The translations under genes and the position numbers were made by a program. Positions 18,881-28,005 of a DNA stretch of 64,000 nucleotides are shown here, one piece after another. Source of the stretch: Candidatus Micrarchaeota archaeon (lineage in GTDB: Archaea > Micrarchaeota > Micrarchaeia > Anstonellales > J096); contig WAMF01000019.1 in NCBI GenBank assembly GCA_015522475.1, forward strand, positions 5,098 through 69,097, given 5' to 3'. Every line of letters begins with the position of its first letter. Positions within the stretch are counted from its first letter, which is position 1. The notes below the pieces were generated by a model. That model worked only from the letters and a program-made list of their open reading frames with translations, did no database searches and was not told the origin of the DNA.

Positions 18881-19558
18881 ATGATTATTGCAGGCATAGA
18901 CGAGGCTGGAAGGGGTGCGCTCATAGGCCCCCTTGTCGTAGCCTTTTTTTCCATACCAAAAGAAAAAGAGACTGCGCTGGTTAAGCTCTGTCTTAAAGAT
19001 TCTAAACAGCTCTCGCCCAAACAGCGCTCATATCTTTATCGCCGTCTAAAAGAGCTAGGCTCATTTGAAGTGGTCAAGCTGCAGCCAACACAGATAGACA
19101 TGAGAAACATAAACAAGTTAGAGCTTTCAGTCATAGAAAAGCTCGTCGAGAAACACAAACCCGGTAGGCTTTTTGTAGATTGTTTTGTCAAAGACTGCTC
19201 TTCCATTCACTTTCCCGGCGTCGACGTCATAGCAGAGTATAAAGCAGACGAGCGCTATCCTATTGTGTCCGCAGCTAGCATTATAGCAAAGGTCGTCAGA
19301 GATGCTGAAATAAGAAAGCTCCGCGAGAGGTTTGGCGATTTTGGCAGCGGCTACCCCTCAGACGAGAAAACCGTAAGCTTCGTCAAGGAACATCTTAAAG
19401 AGCTCGAAGCAGCCCATGCCATAAGAACAAAGTGGGACACGTACAAGAGGCTAGCTCACAAACCCAAGCAGAGCTCTCTCACAGGGCTTTTAGAAGAGCA
19501 AGAGCAAAAAGAACAACACACAAAGAAGCAAAATGAAAAGAATAAAAAGAAGAATTAA
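18881..19558 (+). CDS. rnhB: Ribonuclease HII
   Basis: GIDEAGRG, DSKQLS, VSAASIIAKV, GSGYPSD. Confidence 0.96.
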   Translation: MIIAGIDEAGRGALIGPLVVAFFSIPKEKETALVKLCLKDSKQLSPKQRSYLYRRLKELGSFEVVKLQPTQIDMRNINKLELSVIEKLVEKHKPGRLFVDCFVKDCSSIHFPGVDVIAEYKADERYPIVSAASIIAKVVRDAEIRKLRERFGDFGSGYPSDEKTVSFVKEHLKELEAAHAIRTKWDTYKRLAHKPKQSSLTGLLEEQEQKEQHTKKQNEKNKKKN

Positions 19559-19602
19559 ATAAACGACCGGAGAGGGAAACAAAAAAGAGGGGGAGTGGAA
19601 GA

Positions 19603-20067
19603 ATGAAAAAAACATACTTAAGCAATAAAGAAATCCGGGCCTTGGAAGAAAAGCTGCCCTTTAAGCTGGGAAAAGGCAGGGCCGTTTATTGGTTAGAGCA
19701 TCCAAAAGGTAAGGTACTTATCATAGACAACATACCGGCTTTTTTCGAATACGAAAATAAGCTCCTACCGACTTTGGCCTTAATCATGGAGACGGGGGAA
19801 GAGTTCCCTGCTATTTATGTAGACAGAGGCGCAATACCTTATGTAGCTAAAGGAGCCGACGTAATGCGCCCGGGCATAACGCAAATAGGTGGGGATGTTA
19901 AAAAAGGAAAAGTCGTCGTTGTAAGAGACTCTGCGCATGGCCAAGCCCTCGCTGTAGGCTTAGCCTATTTAGATGGAGATGCTATGCAAGCTAGCAAGAA
20001 AGGCAAGATGGTTAAAACGCTGCACCACGTCGGCGATTGGATATGGCGCATGTATAGGGGCCCGTAG
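19603..20067 (+). CDS. PUA-domain RNA-binding protein (MCT-1/TMA20-like)
   Basis: 'VDRGAIPYVAKGADVMRPGI...KGKMVKTLHHVGD'. Confidence 0.92.
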   Translation: MKKTYLSNKEIRALEEKLPFKLGKGRAVYWLEHPKGKVLIIDNIPAFFEYENKLLPTLALIMETGEEFPAIYVDRGAIPYVAKGADVMRPGITQIGGDVKKGKVVVVRDSAHGQALAVGLAYLDGDAMQASKKGKMVKTLHHVGDWIWRMYRGP

Positions 20068-20079
20068 AAGTAATAAGTA

Positions 20080-20622
20080 TTAATCTGTCAATCGGCCGTC
20101 GCCCAACTCAATTACAGAGATGGGCTCATATATGGGGCCTTGGCGCGTGAGCATGCTCTTGTAAAGAGTTAAGTGGTCAACGGCAAAGCTGCCAAACACG
20201 TCGTTTTTGTGCCTCTCTAAAAACGCTTTAAGGTCTGCTTTGCATTTAACCCTGGCAAGCGTTAAATGGCAATGATCTGCGCACTTTCCCTTCATGCGCG
20301 TCTGGCAAGCGGCTTTAGCAAGCTCTTCACATCCTTCTATACCTATCCACACAACGCGCACATAAGAAGGCGAGGGAAACACACCCACAGAGCTAAGCAC
20401 TATTGTCGTTCTTTTGAGCACCTTTTCTTGCTCCGCCTTTTCCTTCAAGTCTTCAATTATAGAATCAGCTGCTTCTTTACTTATCTCTCCGTAGAAGTTA
20501 AGCGTTATGTGCATGTTCTCAGGCTGAACAAGCCGCATGCATTTCGTTGGCAGCTCCTTCTGAAGAGCTAAAGCCTTCTGCTTCAGCTCTTGAGGCACAT
20601 CTATGGCCAAGAAGGCGCGCAT
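20080..20622 (-). CDS. thpR: RNA 2',3'-cyclic phosphodiesterase (2H family)
   Basis: MRAFLAID start, two HxT motifs (HITL, HLTL), 'LYKSMLTRQGPIYE'. Confidence 0.93.
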   Translation of the reverse strand: MRAFLAIDVPQELKQKALALQKELPTKCMRLVQPENMHITLNFYGEISKEAADSIIEDLKEKAEQEKVLKRTTIVLSSVGVFPSPSYVRVVWIGIEGCEELAKAACQTRMKGKCADHCHLTLARVKCKADLKAFLERHKNDVFGSFAVDHLTLYKSMLTRQGPIYEPISVIELGDGRLTD

Positions 20623-20775
20623 ATCTTTATTCCCCCATCCAAGCAGGCCTGAGCAGCGTCGATGAAGCAAATAAAGCCAGACGAGATAAAAAGGAAAAAA
20701 GGCAAAGCTGCGTTGCTGCATCTGCTCTTTTGTTGGCAGTTCTTTTTGCCATCGATTAGTTGCTTAGCTGATAGA

Positions 20776-21987
20776 TTAGCTGCTGACACTTGTGTTTTCG
20801 CCCGACGAGCTCTCGTTGGCTGTTGAGTTGTTTGCTGAAGTGATGTTGCCAGTGCCAGTGGCGCTGCTGTTTGTGGCATTAGCATTGTTCATGTGAAACG
20901 CTTCATGGCAGCGCTCTTTCATCGTCTCGTTTAGCATTAGATTGCAAGCACTCTCGTCGCCTTTGCTAGCGGCATAGTTTGCTAAACACTTATCTATATC
21001 TTTAGCGTGATAGCATATAGCAGCTAGATTGTTGTCTATGGCTATAGCCCTTATTTGTGGGTCTTGTCCTTCTTGAATGCCTTGAACAATGTGTTGCCAA
21101 TGATTGAATAGGCCTTCGTAATCTATCTCGCTGATTTTTGGCATTGCAGGCATAGAGGAGAGGTTGCTTATATTGACAATCCACGTGCTCTCATTGTGGA
21201 AGACACCAGCAAAGGTGTAGGCCTTGTTGAAGTAATAGATGTAATGCTTATCGAGGCAGAGCGTGCTTTTGTAGTGTATGCCAATAAGGGGTGTGTGCGT
21301 CGGAAGATTCATCTCGTCTAGCACTTTAACGGGCAATTCCTCGAAGGAATAGTTGTATATATAACAAGTGGCATTGGGTGCCGAGTAAGCGGGCTCGAGG
21401 CCATAATCTGAGGGATTGTAGGGCTTAATAGCTTCGATGTGGAGAGCGTTGTTTTCAGCTAGAACCTTTATGTCCTTCAAGTAGCTCTTCATAAAGAAGG
21501 CCATCTCGTTGCCCGGCAATGAAGCAATAACAGTGTATTTATAGGGATCGCCACAAGCCTCTGCCGAATCGTTTGAATAAAGCCTAAAACAACCAACGCT
21601 GAGATTACCTTCATGTATAAACTTGGCCTCGTACAGCCAATAGGGATCGACGAGATCTACCAAAAGGTCCTTGCCATTCTTGACTATGGAAAGCTTACGA
21701 TTAATCACTTGGGTGGAAGCTGTCCCATTCTTGCTTAGAATAACCTCCTTCTTGGATATATTGTAAGTGGAGAAGGGCTCAAAGTCCTCTAAGGCTGCCA
21801 TAAAGGCTTCGACGTTCTTGGACATCTTGCCCACTTCGCCCTCACCCTCTGATGAGCCGTGCATGTAAGGCGCTAGAACGATGTAGGCAAGACCTACCAA
21901 TACAATCGTGGAAATCGCTATTATAGCATACCACTTTACTGTTTCGTTATCCATGGAGCTAGCTCCACTTCTTTTTTCAGCTGACAT
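20776..21987 (-). CDS. Hypothetical membrane-anchored extracellular protein
   Basis: N-terminal TM helix, Cys-containing C-terminal region, S/T/N-rich tail with many NxS/T sequons. Confidence 0.75.
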   Translation of the reverse strand: MSAEKRSGASSMDNETVKWYAIIAISTIVLVGLAYIVLAPYMHGSSEGEGEVGKMSKNVEAFMAALEDFEPFSTYNISKKEVILSKNGTASTQVINRKLSIVKNGKDLLVDLVDPYWLYEAKFIHEGNLSVGCFRLYSNDSAEACGDPYKYTVIASLPGNEMAFFMKSYLKDIKVLAENNALHIEAIKPYNPSDYGLEPAYSAPNATCYIYNYSFEELPVKVLDEMNLPTHTPLIGIHYKSTLCLDKHYIYYFNKAYTFAGVFHNESTWIVNISNLSSMPAMPKISEIDYEGLFNHWQHIVQGIQEGQDPQIRAIAIDNNLAAICYHAKDIDKCLANYAASKGDESACNLMLNETMKERCHEAFHMNNANATNSSATGTGNITSANNSTANESSSGENTSVSS

Positions 21988-22114
21988 GGAGCTAATCTGC
22001 TAGCAAAACAGTTAAAAACATAGGCCATGAAGCGAAGAGGGGGCAAAGAGAGTGAAATGAGAGGATAAAACTTAAGTAACACTCAATTTTATAAACTCTC
22101 CTTCTATAGGTTAT

Positions 22115-22675
22115 ATGGGCACAAGCAAAGAACAAGTTTCTCTTCAGATAAAAGAGCAAAAGAAGGCTCTATTAAATGCCGCAAAAAACACCGTAGGAGT
22201 AAGAAAAGTAACAGAGGGTAAGCGGTCTTTCTTTGATTGGGAGCCAATAGAGGAAAGCCAACTCAAAAACGCTCGCACAAACAGCATTATAGATCACGCG
22301 GGATATGCTCCCCTCCAACATGCACGTGAAAGAGCGTTTAGCAAAATCCTCGCTAGTATAGAAGACCTTTTTGAAAATCGAGATAGAGTAAAAGACATAT
22401 CTACAACGTCTAGAGACGCAAAGACATTTGATTACCATGCAAGCTTTGCAAGGCTCGTCGTAGATTGGATGCTCGGAGAAGTAAGTGAAGCAAAGGAGCT
22501 GGAGAAGAGAATCAAAGCAATTGTAAGGGCTGCTTGGGAAAACGGCACGCCCATAAACACGAATACAACATGGTGGATGCACATATTAAGCGACGTGAAG
22601 GGTGCTATTGAAGAAGAGAGAAGAAAAGAAAAATACATGAATAAAAAGCGGGCTCGAGGGGATTCGAACCCCTGA
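22115..22675 (+). CDS. Hypothetical protein
   Basis: 186-aa ORF after TATA TTTATAAA near 22089. Its 3' end runs into the antisense of tRNA-Lys. Confidence 0.65.
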   Translation: MGTSKEQVSLQIKEQKKALLNAAKNTVGVRKVTEGKRSFFDWEPIEESQLKNARTNSIIDHAGYAPLQHARERAFSKILASIEDLFENRDRVKDISTTSRDAKTFDYHASFARLVVDWMLGEVSEAKELEKRIKAIVRAAWENGTPINTNTTWWMHILSDVKGAIEEERRKEKYMNKKRARGDSNP

Positions 22676-22723
22676 CCCCCCGGTTAAGAGCCGGGTGCTC
22701 TAACCAGGCTGAGCTACGAGCCC
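22649..22723 (-). tRNA. tRNA-Lys (CTT)
   Basis: GGGCTCGTAGCTCAGCCTGGTTAGAGCA-CCCGG CT CTT AA CCGGG-GGGTCAGGGGTTCGAATCCCCTCGAGCCCG. No intron and no encoded CCA. Confidence 0.97.
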
Positions 22724-22783
22724 AAACAAAATAGGCTTAATTGCGTTCCTCTTATCCACCAAACTCTTATTAAAGCTTCCTTT

Positions 22784-23731
22784 TTACCCTTTTCTCTTTG
22801 CAGACCTAGCAAATTCTGCCTTGAGTATTGAGTGTTCAAGAGCGTCGAGCTCTTCAAGCAAACGCTCTACCTCTTTAACGTAACGTATGAGCTGCGATAT
22901 AGCTACAAACTTCGCCAATAGAATGAAATGATCCGCTATAAACAGACTGTTTTCCTTTTCTCCAGGAAGGGGCTCGTTTAGATACCTATTAATAATCGTC
23001 TCGAGGTTGCTGTGGCACATGGGGCAAAGAGGAAACACATTACCTCTGAAATTTTTATTGGGCAGCCTACCTATTTGCTTGTATTCTTCTTCATGCTCGT
23101 CGAAAAAGGCTTCGAGAGCGCCCTTAGGTATGATATGATGGCCAGTCATAGTCGTGGAAGCACCGCACACAGGGCACAAGCCTCGCTTTTTCTTTCCCAC
23201 GAAGGAGAAGGTATAGAACTTCGGCCCAACGTCGCACGTTTTATAGTAAAAATCCTTTGTTATTGTGCCGTTGACTATAATCATTCTGCCAGGGTGGAAA
23301 TGGCTATCTTCCTTCACTGCATGAAGTGCGTCTGAATGAAGAGACGAAAGCACCTGCAAGATCTCGTTGACTGTAGCGCTCACTTTGTCGGCAAATGAGC
23401 CTGCTCTTCGCTTCACATTGGAGAGCTCCGCTTGGTATAGAGCAGGAAAGAAGTAGCTTTTCTTGCCCACGTAGAAAAAACCGGAAACCTCTACCTTTGT
23501 AGTAGGTGATACGGCGTTTGCCTCAAAGAGGGGTGTCTTATGCTCAAGGGCATAGTTGAAGAGCTCCCTCAAGAAGAGAGAGTATGAAGCATCTGCAATT
23601 TCTTGTGAGCTATGAGATAAAAGAGGAAAGGTCTCTGAAAAGAGTTTGAGAAGAGGCGTTTCCTTCGACGAAGAGATGGGATAGAGCTCCCTCGCCTTTC
23701 TAAGAAGGACATAGCGCCTCTTTACGCCCAT
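22784..23731 (-). CDS. HNH endonuclease domain protein
   Basis: CPVCG...HHIIPK...N..PLCPMCH zinc-bound HNH motif. Confidence 0.75.
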   Translation of the reverse strand: MGVKRRYVLLRKARELYPISSSKETPLLKLFSETFPLLSHSSQEIADASYSLFLRELFNYALEHKTPLFEANAVSPTTKVEVSGFFYVGKKSYFFPALYQAELSNVKRRAGSFADKVSATVNEILQVLSSLHSDALHAVKEDSHFHPGRMIIVNGTITKDFYYKTCDVGPKFYTFSFVGKKKRGLCPVCGASTTMTGHHIIPKGALEAFFDEHEEEYKQIGRLPNKNFRGNVFPLCPMCHSNLETIINRYLNEPLPGEKENSLFIADHFILLAKFVAISQLIRYVKEVERLLEELDALEHSILKAEFARSAKRKG

Positions 23732-23914
23732 ATCTTCGCCTCATAACAATTTGGGCAAAGGTCTTAAAAAGCGATTGCATACCCACACTATCGACACCTA
23801 TATAGAGCTTTATAAACAGCCATAGAGAGAATGAGCATCTCGACGAAACACAGATAAGAAGGGATTTGACAACCTTTTTAAAGAGAAAGGCGCAAATGTA
23901 GGAGGGGTGAGCAT

Positions 23915-24481
23915 ATGAAGAAGCGCAGAATAGATCCTTTTTTTGAGATCTTTGAGCAGATGAGGCGAGAGATGGAAGAGCTGATTAAAGGCACATTCAT
24001 GGAGGAAGACCTCTTCGAGAAAGCGTTTAGGGACATGAGTAAAAAAGGCAAGAGCAAGGTATATGGTATTCACATAACTGTAGGGCCAGACGGTAAGCCC
24101 ATCGTCAAGGAGTTTGGCAACGTTAAGCCAAAAACAGAGGTCATAGGCAGTGAAGAAGAGGCAAGCGCAGAGACGCCAAAGGGTTTAGAGGAAGCGAGAG
24201 AGCCTCTCGTCGAGACGCACGTGGAAAAGGATACTGTCAGCATAGTTGCAGAGGTGCCCGGAGTCCAAAAAGAGGACATAGACTTGGAGCTCGTCGAGGA
24301 TGATGTGCTTGTCATAAAGGTAGATACGGCGGAGCGTAAGTACTACAAGAAAATAAAGCTTCCAGCACATGTCGACGAGAAAAGCATAAAAGCTACGTAC
24401 AAAAACGGCATACTTGAAGTAAAGCTTAAGATAAAAAAGGCAAAAAAGAAATCAAAGAAGAAGTCCGTAAAAGTAGAGTAA
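23915..24481 (+). CDS. Archaeal small heat shock protein Hsp20
   Basis: 'YGIHITVGPDGKPIVKEFGN', REPLV, AEVPGV, ATYKNGILEV. Confidence 0.95.
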   Translation: MKKRRIDPFFEIFEQMRREMEELIKGTFMEEDLFEKAFRDMSKKGKSKVYGIHITVGPDGKPIVKEFGNVKPKTEVIGSEEEASAETPKGLEEAREPLVETHVEKDTVSIVAEVPGVQKEDIDLELVEDDVLVIKVDTAERKYYKKIKLPAHVDEKSIKATYKNGILEVKLKIKKAKKKSKKKSVKVE

Positions 24482-24660
24482 GTGACATGGACAGTTGGCG
24501 GAATAGAAGAGCTGGCAGTCAGCAGCAGCTAATCTGCAGTAAATAGCGTAGCAGAGGGATATAACTGCACATAATGCACATGAGCCTGTATGCATAAGTC
24601 CGTAAAAACACCGTCAGTGTATTTTTGAGCTTCTGTAACCTGCATAGAAGGGGCGAGAGG

Positions 24661-26511
24661 ATGTCAAGCAAAAAATCAAGCAACGGAGATAAAAGAGAAG
24701 AAAAAAACGAAGCAACGAAGGAAGTTACGAGAGAAGGCAAGCACTACATCCGCTCGCCCATAGTTACAGTTATGGGACACGTCGACCACGGAAAGACGAC
24801 GATACTTGACAGAATACGCGGCAGTAGAGTAGCTGAAAAAGAAGCTGGTAGAATAACCCAAATGGTGGGCGCCAGCCTTACAACAAAACAATCTATAGAA
24901 GCAATAAGTAAAGAAATAAAAAAACAGTTGGCCATTGAACTGCATATACCCGGCCTTCTCTTCATAGACACGCCCGGCCATGAGGTTTTCACAAGCTTAA
25001 GAGCTAGAGGAGGTAGCATAGCAGATATAGCTATACTTGTAATAGACATAAAACAGGGCATACAACCTCAAACAGTCGAGAGCATAGACCTGCTGAAAGA
25101 ATACAAAACGCCCTTTGTTGTAGCAGCCAACAAGATAGACCTCATAGACGGATGGCGCACGACGAAGCACAACAGCGTCTTAAAGGCCCTGGAAGAGCAG
25201 CCCAGCCATGTAAAAGAGCGCTTCGATGAGCTCATATACGACTTGATGGGCCAGCTCTCCATGCACGGCTTCAATGCTGAGCTTTTTTACAGAATAAAGG
25301 ACTTCACAAAAGAACTTAGCATTATACCTGTGTCAGGCAAAACGGGGGAAGGGTTAGCGGAGCTTCTCCTCTTAGTCGCGGGGCTCAGCGAGCGCTACCT
25401 AAAGGACCGCCTGTACATACACCCCAAAGCTGAACCAAAGGGCACAGTCATAGAAGTAAAGGAAGAAAAGGGTTTGGGCATAACAGTAGATGCCATATTG
25501 TACGACGGTGTTTTGAGAGAAGGCAGCGAGATTTACTTTATGGCCAAAGACGGCCTTGTAAAGCGGAAAATTAGGGCGCTTCTTATGCCCAACGTCTCCG
25601 GCAACAATCCTCGCGAGAAGTACACGCGGATAAAAGAAGTTGTGGCAGCTGGGGGTGTTAAAATAGCTGCTCCAGAGCTCGACAACGTCTTGCCTGGCTC
25701 GCCCTTTGGAGCAGGACAAGAGTTGGAAAAGGCACTTGAAACAGATATGAAGCACATTATATTCGAGCACGAAGGCAAAGAAGGTGTAGTTGCTAAAACA
25801 GACAGTTTAGGCAGCGCCGAGGCCCTTCTAAACCTCCTGAGAAAAGAAAACATAAAGGTCGCTAAGCTTGACGTAGGGCCCGTTAACAAAGACGACATTG
25901 TGTTTGCTGCTGCCAACAAAAAAGACGAATACAGAGCTGTCTTAGTCTTCAATATGCACGTCCAAAAGGAGATAATAAGCGAAGCAGAGGGATTGGGTGT
26001 TAAGCTCATTGTTTCTGACGTTATATACAAGCTGCCGGAGCTCTACGAGGAATTTAAGAAGGAAGTGCTTGAAAAGGCTAAAAACAAAATGGCGGAGCAG
26101 CTGCCTTTTCCGGCTAAACTCAAAGCGCTTAGAGGCTTTTTCTTTAGAAAGAGCAAACCGGCTGTATTCGGAGTGCGTGTGCTCGGCGGCGTTCTAAAAC
26201 CCTCTATTTATCTTATGAACGAAAACGGCGAGACTGTCGGCCAAATAAAATCCATACAGAGTGAAAGCCAATCCATGAAGGAAGCAAAAGAAGGTGAGGA
26301 AGTTGCCATAAGTGTAGAGGGAGCAGAGCTGGGCAAAGACATACATGAAGACGAAGTTTTCTACACGAGCATGGGCAAGAAGGATGTGGAGAGATGGGAA
26401 GAAAAGCAAGCGGTTTTAGAAAAGGGCAGTGCAGCAGTCTTAGAGGAGATAAAGGCCATTCTCTTAAAGCGACAGCTTCGCCGCATAAAGGAAAGGGCCA
26501 GAAAAACCTAA
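24661..26511 (+). CDS. infB: Translation initiation factor aIF5B (IF-2)
   Basis: RSPIVTVMGHVDHGKTT, FIDTPGHE, ANKID. No intein. Confidence 0.97.
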   Translation: MSSKKSSNGDKREEKNEATKEVTREGKHYIRSPIVTVMGHVDHGKTTILDRIRGSRVAEKEAGRITQMVGASLTTKQSIEAISKEIKKQLAIELHIPGLLFIDTPGHEVFTSLRARGGSIADIAILVIDIKQGIQPQTVESIDLLKEYKTPFVVAANKIDLIDGWRTTKHNSVLKALEEQPSHVKERFDELIYDLMGQLSMHGFNAELFYRIKDFTKELSIIPVSGKTGEGLAELLLLVAGLSERYLKDRLYIHPKAEPKGTVIEVKEEKGLGITVDAILYDGVLREGSEIYFMAKDGLVKRKIRALLMPNVSGNNPREKYTRIKEVVAAGGVKIAAPELDNVLPGSPFGAGQELEKALETDMKHIIFEHEGKEGVVAKTDSLGSAEALLNLLRKENIKVAKLDVGPVNKDDIVFAAANKKDEYRAVLVFNMHVQKEIISEAEGLGVKLIVSDVIYKLPELYEEFKKEVLEKAKNKMAEQLPFPAKLKALRGFFFRKSKPAVFGVRVLGGVLKPSIYLMNENGETVGQIKSIQSESQSMKEAKEGEEVAISVEGAELGKDIHEDEVFYTSMGKKDVERWEEKQAVLEKGSAAVLEEIKAILLKRQLRRIKERARKT

Positions 26512-26868
26512 GAAAGAGGCAATGGCCATAAAAAGAGTGAAGAAAAGGCAAAATAAGAAGAAGGGGCTTTCTTGGTTTTTCTCATAAAATTTAGCGTGGT
26601 TAGCAGCATAGAGGGTAAGGGTAAATGGTTAGTGTAAGTATTAGATTAGATAGGATTAATAGCGCCAATTTAACATTAATACACATTACTACAAGGTACT
26701 ACAAGGTAAATGAGAGGATATTAAAATAAAAGGTTACAAAAGATAACAGGGACAACTAACAGTAATAACACAGAAGACGATAGTAAGGCTTAAGCCGAGT
26801 TCAAAGGATTAAAATGGGCTAAGGTATGAAAAAGCGTACAAAAACAACAAGGTTTTAAAACTGTTTGC

Positions 26869-26883
26869 GAAAAACTTATATAT
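26869..26883 (+). promoter_or_regulatory. BRE-TATA promoter not followed by a CDS
   Basis: GAAAAAC-TTATATAT about 20-25 nt upstream of a GC-rich hairpin element. The downstream CBS gene has its own TATA near 27075. Confidence 0.55.
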
Positions 26884-26900
26884 GCCCTTGGCCCCTATAG

Positions 26901-26975
26901 TACCGCCACTCTTTTTAGGGTGGGGGGACTGGCTACCTTGCCAGCGTCGGGCCTCCCGACGCTGGCCTCCTTTCC
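26901..26975 (+). ncRNA. Putative structured small RNA of unknown class
   Basis: Hairpin CCACTCT-TTTT-AGGGTGG (26906-23) and perfect 12-bp GC hairpin GCCAGCGTCGGG-CCT-CCCGACGCTGGC (26940-66), then a pyrimidine tail, within AT-rich intergenic DNA. Confidence 0.5.
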
Positions 26976-27105
26976 AAAAGTCGGGAAAAACAGGGGAAAC
27001 CTTAGGGAAGCAAGGAAGTAAGTAATAGCCCAAATAAAAAAAGCCAAAAAATGGCTAAAAGCCGCCCACATAGCTTTAAAAACATGACTTAGGATAATGT
27101 AAAAC

Positions 27106-27537
27106 ATGGAAAATGTGGGAAGTGAGGTAACTATTGGAGAAATTATGAAGAAGAAAGTCATATTCCTTCCGCAAGAGGGTACTGTCAAGGAAGCTGCAAA
27201 GCTCATGAAGGAGAACAGAGTTGGCTCTGTAGTTATCGTTGAAGGCAGTGCTGTGCGAGGCATAGTAACAGAGCGAGACATAGTAAGAAAAGTAGTAGCA
27301 AAAGGGAAGTCCTATGATACAAAAGTTGAAGAGATCATGAGCTCACCAGTTATAGTAGCAACGCCAGACACAACCATTGACCAAGCAGCTAGAGTTATGA
27401 AAGAAGAAGGTATAAGGAAGCTACCTATTATAGATAAGAATGGCTATTTGCAAGGCATCGTCACAAGCGACGACATAGTGCGTGTTTTCCCGAGCATTGT
27501 GGAGCTCATAGAAGAAGAGGCATTCCTCACAAGCTAA
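27106..27537 (+). CDS. CBS-domain pair protein
   Basis: 'EAAKLMKENRVGSVVIV...GIVTERDIV' repeated twice. Confidence 0.95.
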   Translation: MENVGSEVTIGEIMKKKVIFLPQEGTVKEAAKLMKENRVGSVVIVEGSAVRGIVTERDIVRKVVAKGKSYDTKVEEIMSSPVIVATPDTTIDQAARVMKEEGIRKLPIIDKNGYLQGIVTSDDIVRVFPSIVELIEEEAFLTS

Positions 27538-27610
27538 TAGCAACCGATAGCAAAAAACGACGGTAAAAGGAAGCCGGAAGAACCGAAAACGGCTAATAAG
27601 CTTATACTCA

Positions 27611-27673
27611 TGCTGGGTGTTGGATGGCGGGTGCGATGGGTGAACACCGCTGCCAACGCCACCCAGCACATCT
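27611..27673 (+). ncRNA. Probable single-hairpin H/ACA pseudouridylation guide sRNA
   Basis: Basal stem GCTGGGTG/CACCCAGC immediately followed by ACA (27668-70). Internal pocket, upper GCGG/CCGC stem and apical GA...TGA K-loop. Confidence 0.65.
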
Positions 27674-27694
27674 GTATGCTAAGAAGGCAAAGAA

Positions 27695-27967
27695 ATGGCC
27701 TGTATAAAGATAAAGGTTGCCCCTGGAAAAAAGAAAAGGGGTATTATTCTCGAAAAAGGCCGGGAAGGCCTTCCAATAGTTGCGCTCACTTCTCATCCCA
27801 CCAAAGGAAAAGCCAACAAGGAGCTCTTAGAGTTCCTTAAGGGGGTGTTTGGAAAGCAGGTGGAAATAAAGAGGGGGCACAGCTCCAGAGAAAAGCTCAT
27901 ATGCGTTGAGCTTAGTGAAGAGGAGCTGTTCGCCGCTCTAAGAAAAGCCGCGCGAAGCGAAGCATGA
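27695..27967 (+). CDS. DUF167 (YggU-like) protein
   Basis: 'IKVAPG...PTKGKANKELLEFL...IKRGHSSREK'. Confidence 0.9.
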   Translation: MACIKIKVAPGKKKRGIILEKGREGLPIVALTSHPTKGKANKELLEFLKGVFGKQVEIKRGHSSREKLICVELSEEELFAALRKAARSEA

Positions 27968-28005
27968 GCGCGAGGAATAAACAATAAGAAGAAAGAGGTG
28001 AAAGT

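Noticed and set aside
26512-26870. Replication origin in the long AT-rich spacer
   Set aside because: No recognisable ORB repeats and no adjacent cdc6/orc1 gene
27608-27840. ORFs 27610-27840 and 27608-27796
   Set aside because: They overlap the H/ACA-like hairpin and the DUF167 gene and show no recognisable protein features.
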